Part shown: one piece after another, positions 62,780 to 64,000 of the stretch
Numbering within the stretch: position 1 is the first letter of the stretch
Layout: each line of letters opens with the position of its first letter
Assembly: GCA_963826185.1 (NCBI GenBank)
Contig: CAWGVY010000004.1
Coordinates: 283,487-347,486 of the forward strand
Direction of reading: 5' to 3'
Length of the DNA: 64,000 nucleotides
Source of the DNA: an uncultured Actinomycetes bacterium
Lineage (GTDB): Bacteria > Actinomycetota > UBA4738 > HRBIN12
The notes under the pieces: generated by a model
What the model saw: only the letters and a program-made list of their open reading frames with translations
Databases searched by the model: none
What the model was told of the DNA's origin: nothing
Translations under genes and position numbers: made by a program

Positions 62780-64000
62780 CGTGAGCGATCAAGGACGGAT
62801 CCCCGACCCGACCCGGAGACGCTCGACCGCCCGTCGCGATCTGCTCCTGATCGCCTCGGTGGCGGCCGCCGTCTTCTGCGTCGGCGTGCTCTCCGGCCTG
62901 TTCGACCGTGCCCTCGATGGGCTCATGCAGCGCTCCCCGATCAAGCCCAGCGACCTGCTGGCGCTCGCCATCCTCTTCTCCCTCAGCCTGGGCGTCTTCG
63001 CGTACCTGCGCTGGCGTCAGCTCGCCCGGGAGCAGCGCCTCCGAGTAACGACCGAACGCCGTTTCCAGACGGTGGTGGAACAGGTGCCGGCGGTCACCTA
63101 CACGTGGGACCCCACGCTGCCCGCCGGACAGTCCCACCCGATCTACGTGAGCCCCCAGCTGGAGTCGATGCTCGGCTATACGCCCGACGAATGGCGCAAC
63201 GATCCTGAGCTGTGGCTCAACGTGATCCACCCTGAGGATCGCGACGGGGTGCGCGAGGCTTCCGACGCCGCCGACCGCGATGGAAGCCCGTTCCTGCAGG
63301 AGTATCGCGTCCGGACGAAGGACGGGAGGACGATCTGGCTCCGGGATGAGTCCGTCGTGGTGGCGCGTCGGCGCGACGGGCGACCCAGCCAGTACCAGGG
63401 CGTGATGTTCGACATCACCGAGACGCAAGAGGCGCGTGCACAGCTGCAGGCCGCCGAAGAGCGGTATCGCTCACTCGTGGAGAACCTCCCCGTGGTGACC
63501 TACGTCTGCGACGTCCGGGCAGGCGACGGCAGCCAGGTCATGCGGTACATCGCTCCGAACGCCCATGGGCTCACGGGCTTCACCGCCGAGGATTGGCTGA
63601 CGGAACCCGGGCTGTGGGAGCGGCTGATCCATCTCGACGACCGAGATCGGGTCCTGGCGGAGTCGGCGGGGACAGACCGGACCAAAGAGCCGTTCGACAT
63701 CGAGTACCGCATGGTCCGTAAGGACGGCTCGATCGTCTGGGTCCACGACCGAGCGATGGCCGTCCACGAGGACGACGGGACAACCGCATGGCAGGGGGTA
63801 CTTCAAGACGTGACGGTTCGCCGCCACGCGCAGGAACGCCTGTACCAGGCCGAAGAGCGCTTCCGCACCTTGGTGGAGCAGCTGCCCGCCGTCACGTACG
63901 TGGAAGATCCGGTCACGCACCGGAACCTTTACATCAGCCCGCAGATCGTGGAGATGTTCGGCTACTCGCCACAGGAGTGGCAGGAGAGTCCCGACGCTTG
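62780..64000 (+). CDS. membrane-anchored multi-PAS-domain sensor protein (partial, runs off window)
   Basis: GTG 62780; two TM helices then at least three PAS repeats (VTYTWDP...YVSPQLESMLGY; VVTYVCDV...; LPAVTYVEDP...YISPQIVEMFGY); not in supplied track because no stop before window end. Confidence 0.7.

Noticed and set aside
62739-63920. Minus-strand ORFs 62739-63428 and 63471-63920 from the track
   Set aside because: Antisense to a clear PAS-domain coding frame on the plus strand, which is missing from the track only because it runs off the window without a stop.

Overview
This is a 64-kb segment of a high-GC (~70%) chromosome, most likely actinobacterial. The basis for that is a mycothiol-type maleylpyruvate isomerase (MDMPI)-family enzyme, korAB, a csoR-copA copper operon, a sufBDCSU operon, a zinc-binding (ZAS) anti-sigma factor and strong GGAGG-type ribosome-binding sites. 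Gene density is high and mostly housekeeping: an aquaporin, cysteine desulfurases, 2-oxoglutarate:ferredoxin oxidoreductase (korAB), B12-dependent methionine synthase (metH), the glycine-cleavage T protein, a complete 2-oxo-acid dehydrogenase cluster (lpd-E1alpha-E1beta-E2-lipB), and a second E1 alpha/beta pair. Six features stand out.
(1) A 1.75-kb AT-richer insertion with foreign codon usage is bounded by a perfect 14-bp direct repeat (20232-20245 and 21996-22009). It sits exactly between the glycerate-kinase start and the MDMPI gene and carries a tandem decamer repeat and two orphan genes, one of them a secreted Cys-containing protein.
(2) A module of ECF sigma factor, membrane anti-sigma factor with a TolB-like beta-propeller, and a beta-propeller lipoprotein is embedded co-directionally inside the suf operon between sufB and sufD. 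No sufR is present.
(3) A compact polysaccharide locus combines two sulfotransferases, a protein-kinase-fold (aminoglycoside-phosphotransferase/choline-kinase-like) phosphotransferase, an initiating polyprenyl glycosylphosphotransferase, a secreted GH26-like hydrolase and a Wzz/BY-kinase. This points to a sulfated exopolysaccharide.
(4) At least four genes (metH twice, copA, the APH-like kinase, and possibly a small ABM-like ORF) are broken by frame shifts, and each resolved one behaves as a single-nucleotide deletion. This is either systematic indel error in the assembly or ongoing pseudogenisation.
(5) A cyclase-homology (DUF2652-like) domain is fused to an SRPBCC/START-like domain.
(6) A cytoplasmic histidine kinase has an N-terminal pseudo-receiver with Glu in place of the phospho-acceptor Asp.
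A CsoR-type operator palindrome is visible between the divergent YHS-csoR-copA operon and pdhAB. ORF coordinates below include the stop codon, following the supplied track. Start codons were refined from RBS context where possible.
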